From an uncultured Actinomycetota bacterium (lineage in GTDB: Bacteria; Actinomycetota; Actinomycetes; Propionibacteriales; Nocardioidaceae): a stretch of DNA of 64,000 nt. Position 1 is the first letter of the stretch; every line of letters begins with the position of its first letter. The position numbers and the translations under genes were made by a program. Location: contig CAWBRC010000001.1 in NCBI GenBank assembly GCA_963791175.1, positions 880,063 to 944,062 on the forward strand, read 5' to 3'. Below are positions 19,432 through 30,019 of this stretch, one piece after another. The notes beneath the pieces were generated by a model that searched no databases, was not told the DNA's origin, and saw nothing but the letters and a program-made list of their open reading frames with translations.

Positions 19432-22056
19432 CTACGGCGCGTCGACCGGCGCCAGCTCGGCGTCGACCGAGAGCTCGGTGGCGCCCTCGTCCACCGAGAA
19501 CTTGAGCTTGCCGGTGATGCGACCGGTGTTGCGCAGGTCGTCGGCGGCCAGCTCGGCCGCCCGGACCATCGCCTCCGGGCCGGTGATCTTGACCTTGGTG
19601 AGCTCGTGGCGCATCGACACCTTCGCCTGCGACTTCGCGCCCCGGATGCCGATCAGCGCCGCGGCGACCGCGTCGATCGTCGACGGGTCGGCGGCGGCCG
19701 CCGCGCCCAGGTCGGTCTCGGTGGGCCAGGGGGCGCACGTGGATCGAGCCCTCGCGCCACCACGACCACACCTCTTCGGTGACGTAGGGCAGGAACGGCG
19801 CCAGCAGCCGGAGCTGGACCTCGAGCGCGAGCGCGAGCGTGGCCCGGGCCGAGGCGGTCGCGGTCCCGCCCTCGGCGTCGTACGCGCGCTCCTTGACCAG
19901 CTCGAGGTAGTCGTCGCAGAACTCCCAGAAGAACCGCTCGGTCACCTCGAGGGCGGAGGTGTAGTCGTAGGCCTCGAACGCCTCGGTGGCCTGGGTGACC
20001 ACCACGGCCAGCCGGCCCAGCAGCGCACAGTCGACCGGCTCGGAGACCTCGAAGGCGTTGAGCTCGGTGGCGCCGACGCCGCCGAGGACGAACTTCGAGG
20101 CGTTGAGCACCTTCATCGCCAGCCGACGGCCGACCTTCATCTGGGTCTCGTCGAACGGCGAGTCCATGCCCGGTCGCACGGCGGCCGCGCGCCAGCGGAC
20201 CGCGTCGGCGCCGTACTTGTCCAGGATCTCGGTCGGGACGACCACGTTGCCCTTGGACTTGGACATCTTCTTGCGGTCGGGGTCGAGGATCCAGCCCGAC
20301 AGCATCGCGTGCGTCCAGGGCGTCGCGTGGTTCTCGTAGTGCGCCCGGACCACGCGCGAGAACAGCCAGGTGCGGATGATCTCGTGGGCCTGGGTGCACA
20401 GGTCCATCGGGAAGACCCGCTGGAACAGGTCGTCGTCGACGGTCCAGCCGCCGGCGATCTGCGGGGTGAGCGAGGACGTCGCCCAGGTGTCCATCACGTC
20501 GGGGTCGCCGAGGAAGCCGTGGGGCTTCCCGCGCTGGTCCTCGCCGTAGCCGCGCGGGGCGTCGGTCGACGGGTCGACCGGCAGCTCGGCCTCGGTGGGC
20601 AGGAGCGGGTGGGCGTAGTCGGGCTCGCCGTCGCTCGTCGAGGGGGTACCAGACCGGGAACGGGATGCCGAAGAAGCGCTGCCGCGAGATCAGCCAGTCG
20701 CCGGTCAGCCCCGAGACCCAGTTGTCGTAACGGACCTTCATGTGCGTCGGCAGCCAGGTGATCTCGGCGCCGTGCTCGAGCATCTCGGCGCGGACGTCCT
20801 CGTCGCGGCCGCCGTTGCGGATGTACCACTGGCGGGTGGCGACGATCTCGAGCGGCTTGTCGCCCCGCTCGTAGAAGTTGGCCATCCGGGTGGTCGGCTT
20901 CGGCTCGCCGTCGAGGTCGCCGGTCTCGCGCAGCATCGCGACCATCTCCTCGCGGGCGGAGAAGACGGTCTTGCCGGCCAGCCGCTCGTACGCCGCCGAG
21001 GCCTGCTCGCTGCCGAGCCAGTCGCGGCGTCTCCCGGGCCAGCCGGCCGTCGCGGCCGATGACGGTGCGGACCGGCAGGTCCAGCTCGCGCCACCACAGG
21101 ACGTCGGTGAGGTCACCGAAGGTGCAGCACATGGCGATGCCGGCGCCCTTGTCCATCTCGGCGAGGTGGTGGGCGACCACCGGGATCTCGACGCCGAAGA
21201 CCGGTGAGGAGACGGAGGACCCGACCAGCGACTGGTAGCGCTCGTCGTCCGGGTGCGCGATCAGCGCGACCGACGCAGGGGATCAGCTCGGGGCGGGTCG
21301 TCTCGACGTGCACCGGCGTCGCCGTCGGGGCGGTGGTAGGCGACCCGGTGGTAGGCGCCGGGGTACTCGCGGGCCTCGATCTCGGCCTGCGCCACCGCGG
21401 TGCGGTCGGTGACGTCCCAGACCGTCGGTGCCTCGGCCAGGTAGGCCTCACCGCGCGCGAAGTTGCGCAGGAAGGCGCGCTGGCTGACCTGCCGGGCGTG
21501 GCTGCCCGCGGTGGTGTAGCCGTGCGACCAGTCGACCGAGAGGCCGAGGGTGCGCCAGAGCGACTCGTAGACCTTCTCGTCCTCCTCGACCAGCTCCTCG
21601 CAGAGGTCGACGAAGTTGGGCCGGCTGATCGGGACCTGACGCTTGGGGTCGGGCTTCTCCGGCGGGGTGAAGTCCTCCTGGTACGGCAGCGACGGGTCGC
21701 AGCGGACGCCGTAGTAGTTCTGCACGCGGCGCTCGGTCGGCAGGCCGTTGTCGTCCCAGCCCATGGGGTAGAACACGGCCTTGCCGCGCATCCGCTGGAA
21801 CCGCGCGATGAGGTCGGTGTGGGTGTAGGAGAAGACGTGCCCGACGTGCAGGGACCCGCTCACGGTGGGCGGCGGGCGTGTCGATCGAGTAGACGTTCTC
21901 GCGCGGCTGGGTGCGGTCGAAGGCGTAGGTCTGGTCCTCCCGCCACCGGGCCACCCACTTCTCCTCGAGCCCCTCGAGCGCAGGCTTCTCGGGTACGGCG
22001 ACGGCGCGCGGGGCCGTCGACGTCTCCGGTGCCTGCTGCTGCGGGTGCTCGCTCAT
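19432..22056 (-). CDS. valS: Valine--tRNA ligase (several apparent frameshifts)
   Basis: [40 protein letters not shown] and KMSKS pieces lie in different frames; breaks near 21865, 21300, 21030, 20635 and 19730. Confidence 0.93.
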
Positions 22057-22175
22057 GAGGAAATCCTAGGTGTGCGGGCACCTGGCCCGAAAACGGGACA
22101 CCGCCCCGACCTGCGCCGATGCCGATCCACCCCCGGCGCGCCGTCGGCCCGGAAGGGGCCGCTAGCGTCGCTCCG

Positions 22176-23090
22176 GTGAGGTTCGCGCTGGAGTTCACCG
22201 AGGACCCGAACGCGTTCCTGCTCCGCTCCGGCGGGCTGCTGGAGGCGGACCCGGTGCTGTCCACCGTCGTCGCCACCGCGACCGCCCGGGCCGTCGAGGA
22301 GGACGAGGCCGGCCGGGCCGCCCCGGAGCACCCGCGCTGGTGGCTGACCGTGGCGGACGGACGCACCGGGGAGCCGGTCGGGCTGGCGATGCGCACCGCG
22401 CCGTTCGCGCCGTACCCGCTCTACGTCCTGCCGATGCCCGAGACCGCGGCCCGCGAGCTGGCCGCGGCGCTGGTCGAGCGGGGCGAGGAGGTCAGCGGGC
22501 TGAACGGCGCGCTGCCGGCCACCGAGGTGCTGGCCAGCGAGCTGGCCCGTCGGACCGGACGCCAGGCCCGGGTCCACGAGCACATGCGGCTGCACGTGCT
22601 CCAACGGCTCGTCGAGCCCGCGGTCGCCCCGGACGGGCGGGCGCGGGTGGCGGTGCCGGCCGACGCCGACCTCGCGCTCGCCTGGTTCCGGGCCTTCCAC
22701 GCCGACGCCGCCGCGCAGGCGGGCCGGCTCGAGCCCGACCGCGGGGGAGAGGAGTTCGACACGGCCGACGTCGGCGCCCGGATCGCCGAGGGCCGGATCT
22801 GGCTCTGGGAGGACGGGCTCGGTGTGCCGGTCAGCCTGGTCGGGTTCAACGCGCCGAGCTTCGGGGTGGCGCGGGTGGGGCCGGTCTACACGCCGGGGAG
22901 CCACCGCGGGCGCGGGTACGCCAGCACCCTGACCGCGCACGTCTCGAGGCTGCTGCGCGACACCGGGTCGCAGGTCTGCCTGTTCACCGACCTGGCCAAC
23001 CCCACGTCGAACAAGATCTACGCGGCGATCGGCTACGTGCCGGTCGTGGACATGGCGAACCTGGTGATCACCACACCAGCACGGGCTTGA
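22176..23090 (+). CDS. GNAT family N-acetyltransferase
   Basis: ARVGPVYTPGSHRGRGYAS...CLFTDLANPTSNKIYAAIGY. Confidence 0.88.
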   Translation: MRFALEFTEDPNAFLLRSGGLLEADPVLSTVVATATARAVEEDEAGRAAPEHPRWWLTVADGRTGEPVGLAMRTAPFAPYPLYVLPMPETAARELAAALVERGEEVSGLNGALPATEVLASELARRTGRQARVHEHMRLHVLQRLVEPAVAPDGRARVAVPADADLALAWFRAFHADAAAQAGRLEPDRGGEEFDTADVGARIAEGRIWLWEDGLGVPVSLVGFNAPSFGVARVGPVYTPGSHRGRGYASTLTAHVSRLLRDTGSQVCLFTDLANPTSNKIYAAIGYVPVVDMANLVITTPARA

Positions 23091-24159
23091 CGACCGCGCC
23101 GCTCGTCACGTCCTCGACCGCCCGGTTGACCTCGTCGGCCGGGTAGGTCGTCACCAGGTCGTCCATCGGGAAGGTGCCCGCCGCGCGCATCGCGAGCAGC
23201 CGCGGCACCATCTCCTGCGGGTCGGAGTCGCCCTCGATCGAGGCCATCACGGTCTTGCCGCCCTGGAGGAGGTCGATGGCGTCGATGGCGTACTCCTCGG
23301 CGCCGAGGCCGAGCGCCACCAGCGTGCCGCGCACCGCGAGCGACTGCTGGGCCTGCTTGACCACCGCGGGGATCGCCGTGGTGTCGATCGCGTACCGCGC
23401 GCCGCCGCCGGTCAGCTCCTTGACCCGCTCGACCACGCCCTCGACCTCGGTGGGGTCGACGGTGGTGGCGCCGAACCGCGCGGCCACCTCGCGCCTGCTG
23501 GCCAGCGGGTCGACGGCGACGACCGACTCCACCCGCTCCGCCGCGGCCGCGGCGAGGGCGGCCAGGCCGACCGCGCCCACGCCGTACACGACGAGGCTGT
23601 CCTCGCGGCGCGGGCGCAGCACGTTGAGCACGGTGCCGGCGCCGGTCTGGAAGCCGCAGCCGTACGGCGCGAGCAGGGTGAGGTCGAGCCCGGGGTCGAC
23701 CTTCACGCAGTTGTCGGCGTACGCCAGCGCGTGCGCGGCCAGGCTCGACTGCCCGAAGAAGTTGCCGAAGACCTGCTGGTCGCCGCGCTTGAGCGAGGTC
23801 GAGCCGTCCATGCGCATGCCCATGTAGTTGAGCAGCAGGGTCTGGTCGCAGTAGCCCACCAGTCCGGCCTGGCACGTGGCGCAGCTGCGGCAGGAGCGGA
23901 AGCTCATCACCACGTGGTCGCCCGGCTCGAGGCCCCGCACCTGCGAGCCGACGGCCTCGACGACGCCGGCGCCTTCGTGGCCGAAGACGTTGGGGAACAT
24001 CTCGGGCGGCAGGAAGTGGCCCATCGTGATGTCGGTGTGGCAGATGCCGGTGGCCACCATCCGCACCAGCACCTCGTCCTCGCGGGGCTCGTCGAGCTCG
24101 ACCTCGGCGATGGTGAACGGCTGGCCCTGGCCCTCGACGACGGCGGCTCTGGTCTTCAT
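23068..24159 (-). CDS. Zn-dependent NAD(P) alcohol dehydrogenase (aryl-alcohol dehydrogenase-like)
   Basis: GICHTD, GHEGAG, CRSCATC, FFGQSS, GCGFQTGAG, GVGAVG. Confidence 0.92.
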   Translation of the reverse strand: MKTRAAVVEGQGQPFTIAEVELDEPREDEVLVRMVATGICHTDITMGHFLPPEMFPNVFGHEGAGVVEAVGSQVRGLEPGDHVVMSFRSCRSCATCQAGLVGYCDQTLLLNYMGMRMDGSTSLKRGDQQVFGNFFGQSSLAAHALAYADNCVKVDPGLDLTLLAPYGCGFQTGAGTVLNVLRPRREDSLVVYGVGAVGLAALAAAAAERVESVVAVDPLASRREVAARFGATTVDPTEVEGVVERVKELTGGGARYAIDTTAIPAVVKQAQQSLAVRGTLVALGLGAEEYAIDAIDLLQGGKTVMASIEGDSDPQEMVPRLLAMRAAGTFPMDDLVTTYPADEVNRAVEDVTSGAVVKPVLVW

Positions 24160-24170
24160 GGCGGACAACC

Positions 24171-24184
24171 TAGAACGTGTTCTA
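24171..24184. promoter_or_regulatory. KstR-like operator
   Basis: TAGAACGTGTTCTA fits TnnAACnnGTTnnA and overlaps the -10 (TAGGTT) of the dehydrogenase gene. Confidence 0.65.
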
Positions 24185-24287
24185 TTCCTTGTCACGAGTG
24201 CGGCTCCCGGGTCTCGAGACGCGCCCGGTGGTTGAGGAGGTCGCGCTGCGACCGTCTCGAAACCCCGGGCCCTACGCTGGGACCGCC

Positions 24288-25655
24288 ATGGAGAACCTGC
24301 CCACCGACGCCGCCGTGCCCCGCCTCGCCCAGACCTTCGAGGAGGCCGAGGACGCACTGCTCTCGCGCTGGCCGGAGACCAAGCTCGACCCGACGCTCGA
24401 CCGGATCACCGCCCTGCTCGACGTGCTCGGCGACCCGCAGTCGGCGTACCCGGTCATCCACCTCACCGGCACCAACGGCAAGACGTCGACGAGCCGGATG
24501 ATCGACACGCTGCTGCGGGCGCTGGAGCTGCGCACCGGCCGGTTCACCAGCCCGCACGTCGAGAAGATGAGCGAGCGGATCTCGGTGGACGGCGAGCCGC
24601 TGGGCGACGAGGAGTTCGTGGCGGCCTTCAACGACGTCGCGCCGTACCTCGCGATCGTCGACGCCGACCAGGAGCACCCGCTGTCGTTCTTCGAGACCGT
24701 CGTGGCGATGGCCTACGCCAAGTTCGCCGAGGCACCGGTCGACGTCGCCGTGGTGGAGGTCGGGATGGGCGGCTCGTGGGACGCCACCAACGTCGCCGAC
24801 GGTGCGGTGGCGGTGGTGCTGCCGATCGCGGTCGACCACGCGCGCTACCTCGGGAGCTCGCCGGCCGTGATCGCGGTCGAGAAGGCCGGCATCATCAAGC
24901 CCGGCGCGGTCGCGGTGCTCGCGGAGCAGACGCCCGAGGTCGACGCGGTGCTGCAGGAGCGGATCGCCGAGGTCGGCGCCAGCGTGGCCCGGGCCGGCAC
25001 GGACTTCGGCGTGCTCTCCCGCGTGCCCGCGGTCGGCGGCCAGGTGGTCTCGCTGCGCGGGCTGCGCGGCCAGTACGACGAGGTGTTCCTCCCGCTGTAC
25101 GGCGCGCACCAGGCCGAGAACGCCGTGGTGGCGCTCGCCGCGGTGGAGGCCTTCCTGGGCGCGACCGAGCCGCTGGACGACGAGCTCGTACGCGCGGCGT
25201 TCGCGCAGGTCACCTCGCCGGGCAGGCTGGAGATCGTCCGCACCGGACCGACCATCGTGCTCGACGCGGCCCACAACCCGCACGGCGCCGAGGCCGTCGC
25301 GGCTGCCCTCGAGGACTCCTTCACGCTCGACCCGCTCATCGGCGTGATCGGGGTGATGGGCGACAAGGACGCCGAGGGGCTGCTCGCCGCGTTCGAGCCG
25401 CACCTCGAGCACGTCGTGGTCACCCAGAACTCCACCGAGCGCGCGCTGCCCGCCGCCGAGCTGGCCGAGGTCGCGGTCGAGGTGTTCGGCGAGGACCGGG
25501 TCACGGTCGAGCCGCGCCTCGCCGACGCGATCGACCTCGCGGCCGGGCTGGCCGAGGCCGGGGGCAGCGCCTCGATCGGCTCCGGCGGCGTGCTCGTCAC
25601 CGGCTCGGTGGTCACGGTCGGCGAGGCGCGCGCGATGCTGCGGCGGCGCGCGTGA
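24288..25655 (+). CDS. folC: Folylpolyglutamate synthase/dihydrofolate synthase
   Basis: HLTGTNGKTS, FTSPH, EVGMGGSWDATNV, LDAAHNP, TGSV. Confidence 0.95.
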   Translation: MENLPTDAAVPRLAQTFEEAEDALLSRWPETKLDPTLDRITALLDVLGDPQSAYPVIHLTGTNGKTSTSRMIDTLLRALELRTGRFTSPHVEKMSERISVDGEPLGDEEFVAAFNDVAPYLAIVDADQEHPLSFFETVVAMAYAKFAEAPVDVAVVEVGMGGSWDATNVADGAVAVVLPIAVDHARYLGSSPAVIAVEKAGIIKPGAVAVLAEQTPEVDAVLQERIAEVGASVARAGTDFGVLSRVPAVGGQVVSLRGLRGQYDEVFLPLYGAHQAENAVVALAAVEAFLGATEPLDDELVRAAFAQVTSPGRLEIVRTGPTIVLDAAHNPHGAEAVAAALEDSFTLDPLIGVIGVMGDKDAEGLLAAFEPHLEHVVVTQNSTERALPAAELAEVAVEVFGEDRVTVEPRLADAIDLAAGLAEAGGSASIGSGGVLVTGSVVTVGEARAMLRRRA

Positions 25656-26054
25656 GCGCGTCCGACCAGGCCGAGCGCGGCCGCTCGCCCCGGCGCGGCA
25701 TGTGCGCCGCGACCCTCAGCCTCGAGGCGATCACCCTCGGCCTCACCACGCCGGTGCTCATCACGATCGCCGACGTCGACGTGCCCCTGGCACTCATGAT
25801 CGGGCTCGGGCTGGCCGTGCTCTGCCTGCTGACGGCGGGTCTGCTGCGCCACGAGTGGGCCTACGGCCTCGGTTGGCTGATCCAGGTCGCCGCGGTGGCG
25901 CTCGGCTTCGTGGTGCGGCGTCATGTTCTTCCTCGGTGGCGTGTTCGCGCTGCTGTGGGCGACCGCGTACCTGCTCGGCCGCAAGATCGAGCGCGAGCGG
26001 GCCGCGGCGTACGCGGCGCTGGACGCGGCACCGAGGGGCGAGGACGAGCCGTGA
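25652..26054 (+). CDS. DUF4233 membrane protein (apparent frameshift near 25915)
   Basis: MCAATLSLEAITLGL...GWLIQV..., continuing in another frame as MFFLGGVFALLWATAYLLGRKIE; usual position after folC. Confidence 0.75.
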
Positions 26055-26722
26055 CCGACCTGTCCCCGACCGCCCGCACCCGGCTGACCCGGGAGAAGGA
26101 GCGCGCCCGCAATGACCGCGCCGAGCTGATGGCGCTGCTCGACGAGGCGATCATCGCCCACATCGGCGTCGTCGCCGGCGGCCACCCGGTCGTGGTCCCC
26201 GTCGCCTTCGCGGCCGACCCCGACGGACCCGACGAGGGCGGCACGCTCTACGTGCACGGCTCGGTCGGGGCCGGCTGGATGCGCCGCGCGCCCGGCGGCG
26301 ACGTGTGCGTCACGGTCACCGCCCTCGACGGGCTGGTGCTGGCCCGGTCGGCGTTCAACCACTCGATGAACTACCGCTGCGCCGTCGTGATCGGCCGGGC
26401 CCGCCTGGTGGAGGACGAGGCCGAGCGCGCCCGCGCGATGGAGCTCACCGTCGACCACGTCGTCCCCGGCCGGGCCGCGACCCTGCGCCCGAACACCCGC
26501 AAGGAGCTGGCCGCCACCGCGATGCTCGCCGTACCCCTGCACGAGGCGTCGCTCAAGACCCGCACCGGCGGCGTCGAGGACGAGCCCGAGGACGTCGAGG
26601 CCGGCACCTGGGCCGGCGTGGTCCCGCTGCGGATCGTCTCCGGCGAGGTCGAGACCGACCCGGAGACCGCCGAACCGGTGCCGCAGGACGTGCGCCGCCG
26701 GGCCGCGCAGCTCCAACCGTAG
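26051..26722 (+). CDS. Pyridoxamine 5'-phosphate oxidase-like (NimA-type) flavin-binding protein
   Basis: LYVHGS, DGLVLARSAFNHSMNYR, RKELAAT, WAGVVPL. Confidence 0.88.
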   Translation: MTDLSPTARTRLTREKERARNDRAELMALLDEAIIAHIGVVAGGHPVVVPVAFAADPDGPDEGGTLYVHGSVGAGWMRRAPGGDVCVTVTALDGLVLARSAFNHSMNYRCAVVIGRARLVEDEAERARAMELTVDHVVPGRAATLRPNTRKELAATAMLAVPLHEASLKTRTGGVEDEPEDVEAGTWAGVVPLRIVSGEVETDPETAEPVPQDVRRRAAQLQP

Positions 26723-26882
26723 GGCGTGGCTCTCCATTCTCGGCGGCGCCGGACGCCGCCCACATCACGCGCTGGCGGCGTTGCCGACCCTTCGAAGACT
26801 CCCAGTCTGCGTGCGTGCCGGCGCCTGGCCAGCGCGCGCGTGGACGACGCCGGCATCCACCGCCCATGGGGAGCCACGCCCT
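26721..26882. mobile_element. MITE-like element, 162 bp, 17-bp terminal inverted repeats
   Basis: AGGGCGTGGCTCTCCAT (26721-26737) and ATGGGGAGCCACGCCCT (26866-26882), 16/17 match; no credible gene inside. Confidence 0.65.
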
Positions 26883-26905
26883 GACCCGTCGATAGGGTCT
26901 GACCC

Positions 26906-27316
26906 ATGTCACGCACGCTGGTCCTGCTCAAGCCCGACACCGTCCGCCGCGGGCTGGTGGGGGAGATCCTGGCCCGCTTCGAGGCCAAGGGGCTGCGGAT
27001 CGTGGCGCTGGAGCATCGGCACATCGACGCCACCCTCGCCGACCAGCACTACGCCGAGCACGTCGCGAAGGACTTCTACCCGCCGCTGCGCGACTTCGTG
27101 ACCAGCGGGCCGCTGGTCTCCCTGGTCCTCGAGGGCGACGAGGCGGTCGAGGTGGTCCGCCTCCTCAACGGCGCCACCGACGGCCGCAAGGCCGCTCCCG
27201 GCACCATCCGCGGCGACCTCTCGCTCTCCAACCGCGAGAACCTCGTGCACGGCTCCGACTCGCCCGAGTCGGCCCAGCGCGAGATCGCGATCTGGTTCCC
27301 GCAGCTCGTCCTGTAG
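26906..27316 (+). CDS. ndk: Nucleoside diphosphate kinase
   Basis: [35 protein letters not shown]. Confidence 0.97.
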   Translation: MSRTLVLLKPDTVRRGLVGEILARFEAKGLRIVALEHRHIDATLADQHYAEHVAKDFYPPLRDFVTSGPLVSLVLEGDEAVEVVRLLNGATDGRKAAPGTIRGDLSLSNRENLVHGSDSPESAQREIAIWFPQLVL

Positions 27317-27487
27317 CGGACGGCGGTCTCTCCCCGCCAGTCACATCTGTCACACCAGCCTCGGCGTGCCTGCCGAGTTGTCCGGTCGTTCTTGCCTAGC
27401 CTTCAGGGGCCGGGAGCGGCGTGTCCTGCCGCTCTTCCCCACGTATGGGCAGAGTCCCGCACGCTTCCCCGCACCAAAGGACTAAGG

Positions 27488-28528
27488 ATGGCGACCAATC
27501 TCGTCGGCCGGGACATGGCCGTGGACCTGGGCACCGCCAACACGCTCGTCTACGTGCGTGGCAAGGGCGTCCTGGTGGACGAGCCGAGCGTGGTCGCGGT
27601 CAACGAGAAGACCGGCGAGCTGGTCGCCGTCGGGCAGGACGCCAAGCGGATGATCGGGCGCACGCCCGAGGACATCACCGCGATCCGCCCGCTGCAGGAC
27701 GGCGTGATCGCCGACTTCGAGGCGACCGAGCAGATGCTGCGCCACTTCATCGCGCAGGTGCACCGCCGCCGCTACCTGGCCAAGCCGCGGATGGTCGTCT
27801 GCGTGCCGAGCGGCATCACCGCCGTCGAGCAGCGGGCGGTCAAGGAGGCCGGCTACCAGGCCGGCGCGCGCCGGGTCTACATCATCGAGGAGCCGATGGC
27901 CGCCGCGATCGGCGCCGGGCTGCCGGTGCACCGCGCCACCGGCAACATGGTCGTCGACATCGGGGGCGGCACCACCGAGGTCGCGGTGATCAGCCTCGGC
28001 GGCATCGTGACCAGCCTGAGCGTGCGTACCGCGGGCGACGAGATCGACCGAGCCATCACCAGCTGGATGAAGAAGGAGCACGCGCTCCTGCTCGGCGAGG
28101 CGACGGCCGAGGAGGTCAAGATGACCCTCGGCTCGGCCTTCCCCGGCCCCCACGACCGGCAGGCCGAGATCCGCGGCCGCGACCTGGTCTCCGGGCTGCC
28201 CCGCTCGGTCACGCTGACCAGCGCCGACGTACGCGCGGCGATGGAGGAGCCCCTGCACGCGATCATCGACGCGGTCCGGGTCACCCTCGACCAGACGCCC
28301 CCCGAGCTGGCCGGCGACATCATGGACCGGGGGATCGTGCTCACCGGCGGGGGAGCGCTGCTGCGCGGCCTCGACGACCGGCTGCGCCACGAGACCGGGA
28401 TGCCCGTGCACGTGGCCGACGACCCGCTCACCTCGGTGGCGCTGGGCGCCGGCCGCTGCGTGGAGGAGTTCGAGGCGCTGCAACAGGTGCTGGTGACCGA
28501 GCGACGCAGGCTGGCCAGGACGGCGTGA
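27488..28528 (+). CDS. mreB: Rod shape-determining protein MreB
   Basis: DLGTANT, EPSVVA, DIGGGTTE, LTGGGALL. Confidence 0.96.
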   Translation: MATNLVGRDMAVDLGTANTLVYVRGKGVLVDEPSVVAVNEKTGELVAVGQDAKRMIGRTPEDITAIRPLQDGVIADFEATEQMLRHFIAQVHRRRYLAKPRMVVCVPSGITAVEQRAVKEAGYQAGARRVYIIEEPMAAAIGAGLPVHRATGNMVVDIGGGTTEVAVISLGGIVTSLSVRTAGDEIDRAITSWMKKEHALLLGEATAEEVKMTLGSAFPGPHDRQAEIRGRDLVSGLPRSVTLTSADVRAAMEEPLHAIIDAVRVTLDQTPPELAGDIMDRGIVLTGGGALLRGLDDRLRHETGMPVHVADDPLTSVALGAGRCVEEFEALQQVLVTERRRLARTA

Positions 28529-28535
28529 GCAGGGG

Positions 28536-29495
28536 ATGACCGATCTCCAGACCCGACCGGCGCCGCGGCGGGCCCCCGTCGAGGACCGGCTCAACCGCCG
28601 CGGCAGCCTCGAGCCCCGCGAGCCCGGCCGGCCGCGCCGTTCGCTGGTGCTCGCGCTGGTCCTGGCCTGCGCAACGCTGATGACCCTCGACCACGTCAAC
28701 GACGGTGCCGCCGTCGACCCGCTGCGCCGACTGGTGGGCGAGGTCTACGGGCCGGCCGAGTCGGCCGTCGAGAGCGTGGTCGAGCCGGTCATCGCCGTAC
28801 CCCACTGGCTGCGCAGCCACCACGACATGGCTGGAGACATCGACCGGCTGCAGAACGAGAACGACCAGCTCCGCTCCGAGCTCGCGACCAGCGACTACGA
28901 CCGCAACCGGCTCCAGGAGTACGACGACCTCACCGCGACCGCCGACTCCATCGGCCACGCGCTGGTCCCGGCCCGGGTGGTCTCGATCGGCCCCGCGCAG
29001 TCGTTCTCCCGCACGGTCACCATCGACGCCGGCTCGCGGGCCGGCCTGGCCCCCGACCAGACCGTGGTCAACGGTGACGGCCTCGTCGGCCGGGTCCTGC
29101 GCGTCACCTCGACCACCGCCACCGTGCTCCTGATCGTCGACGCCGACTCGACCGTCGGCGGGCGCGTCGGGCGGAGCATGCAGGTCGGCTTCCTGCACGG
29201 CCGGGGCGACCTGGGCCAGGAGGGTCGCCTCGACCTCGAGCTGGTCGACCAGACCTATGTCCCCGGGAAGGGCGAGACCGTCGTGACCTGGGGCAGCCAG
29301 GACGGCGCGCCGTACGTCGCCGGGGTGCCGGTCGGCCGGGTGACAAGCGTGTACTCCAGCCTCCGCGAGACCACCCAGCGCGCGGTGATCGAGCCGTTCG
29401 TCGACTTCGCGGCCCTCGACCTCGTGGGCGTGGTCGTGCCGTCGGGCACGCAGAGCGACCGCGGCGTCATCGAGGTGGACGGGAGCGTGCGGTGA
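28536..29495 (+). CDS. mreC: Rod shape-determining protein MreC
   Basis: Transmembrane anchor, coiled coil, TIDAGSRAG...GLVGRV; operon position. Confidence 0.93.
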   Translation: MTDLQTRPAPRRAPVEDRLNRRGSLEPREPGRPRRSLVLALVLACATLMTLDHVNDGAAVDPLRRLVGEVYGPAESAVESVVEPVIAVPHWLRSHHDMAGDIDRLQNENDQLRSELATSDYDRNRLQEYDDLTATADSIGHALVPARVVSIGPAQSFSRTVTIDAGSRAGLAPDQTVVNGDGLVGRVLRVTSTTATVLLIVDADSTVGGRVGRSMQVGFLHGRGDLGQEGRLDLELVDQTYVPGKGETVVTWGSQDGAPYVAGVPVGRVTSVYSSLRETTQRAVIEPFVDFAALDLVGVVVPSGTQSDRGVIEVDGSVR

Positions 29496-30019
29496 CCACC
29501 CCGCTGTTCCCGCTGCCCCGCGCGGTCGCCGCGATCCTCGCGGTGTCGGTCGCGCTGGTCCTGCAGGCCTCGCTCTTCTCGCACCTCGCCATCGGTGGGG
29601 TGGTCCCCGACCTGGTCCTGCTGGTCGTGGTGGCGGCGGCGCTCGCGCACGGCTCGGAGGTCGGGCTGGTGCTCGGCTTCGGGGCCGGGCTGCTGCTCGA
29701 CCTCGCGCCGCCGGCCGACCACGTGGCCGGGCGCTGGGCGCTGGCGCTGATGGTCGTCGGGTACGTCGCCGGGCGGCTGGCCGCCTCCGGCCACCCGCGG
29801 GTGTCCCAGTGGCTGCCGGTCGCGGCCGCGTCGGCCTTCGTCGGGACATCGGTGTTCGCGCTGTCCGGGCTGGTCCTCAGCGACCCCGCCGTGGGCGTGG
29901 GCGAGCTGCTGCGCGTCGAGGTGATCTCGGTCGCCTACGACGTCGGGCTCGCGCTCCTCGTCGTACCCCTCACCCTCGCCCTGTTCGCAAAGGTCGAGCC
30001 CGACCGGGTCCTGGTGTGA
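29492..30019 (+). CDS. mreD: Rod shape-determining protein MreD
   Basis: VPDLVLLVV...GFGAGLLLDLAPP; operon position. Confidence 0.92.
   Translation: MTTPLFPLPRAVAAILAVSVALVLQASLFSHLAIGGVVPDLVLLVVVAAALAHGSEVGLVLGFGAGLLLDLAPPADHVAGRWALALMVVGYVAGRLAASGHPRVSQWLPVAAASAFVGTSVFALSGLVLSDPAVGVGELLRVEVISVAYDVGLALLVVPLTLALFAKVEPDRVLV

Noticed and set aside
19432-22056. valS as a true pseudogene or programmed-frameshift gene
   Set aside because: Essential enzyme with all motifs intact and several scattered single-base breaks; sequencing error is far more likely
27339-27355. GTCACA-N3-GTCACA upstream of mreB as a CRP/GlxR or MtrA site
   Set aside because: Only a partial match to either consensus and the spacing is atypical; cannot be assigned
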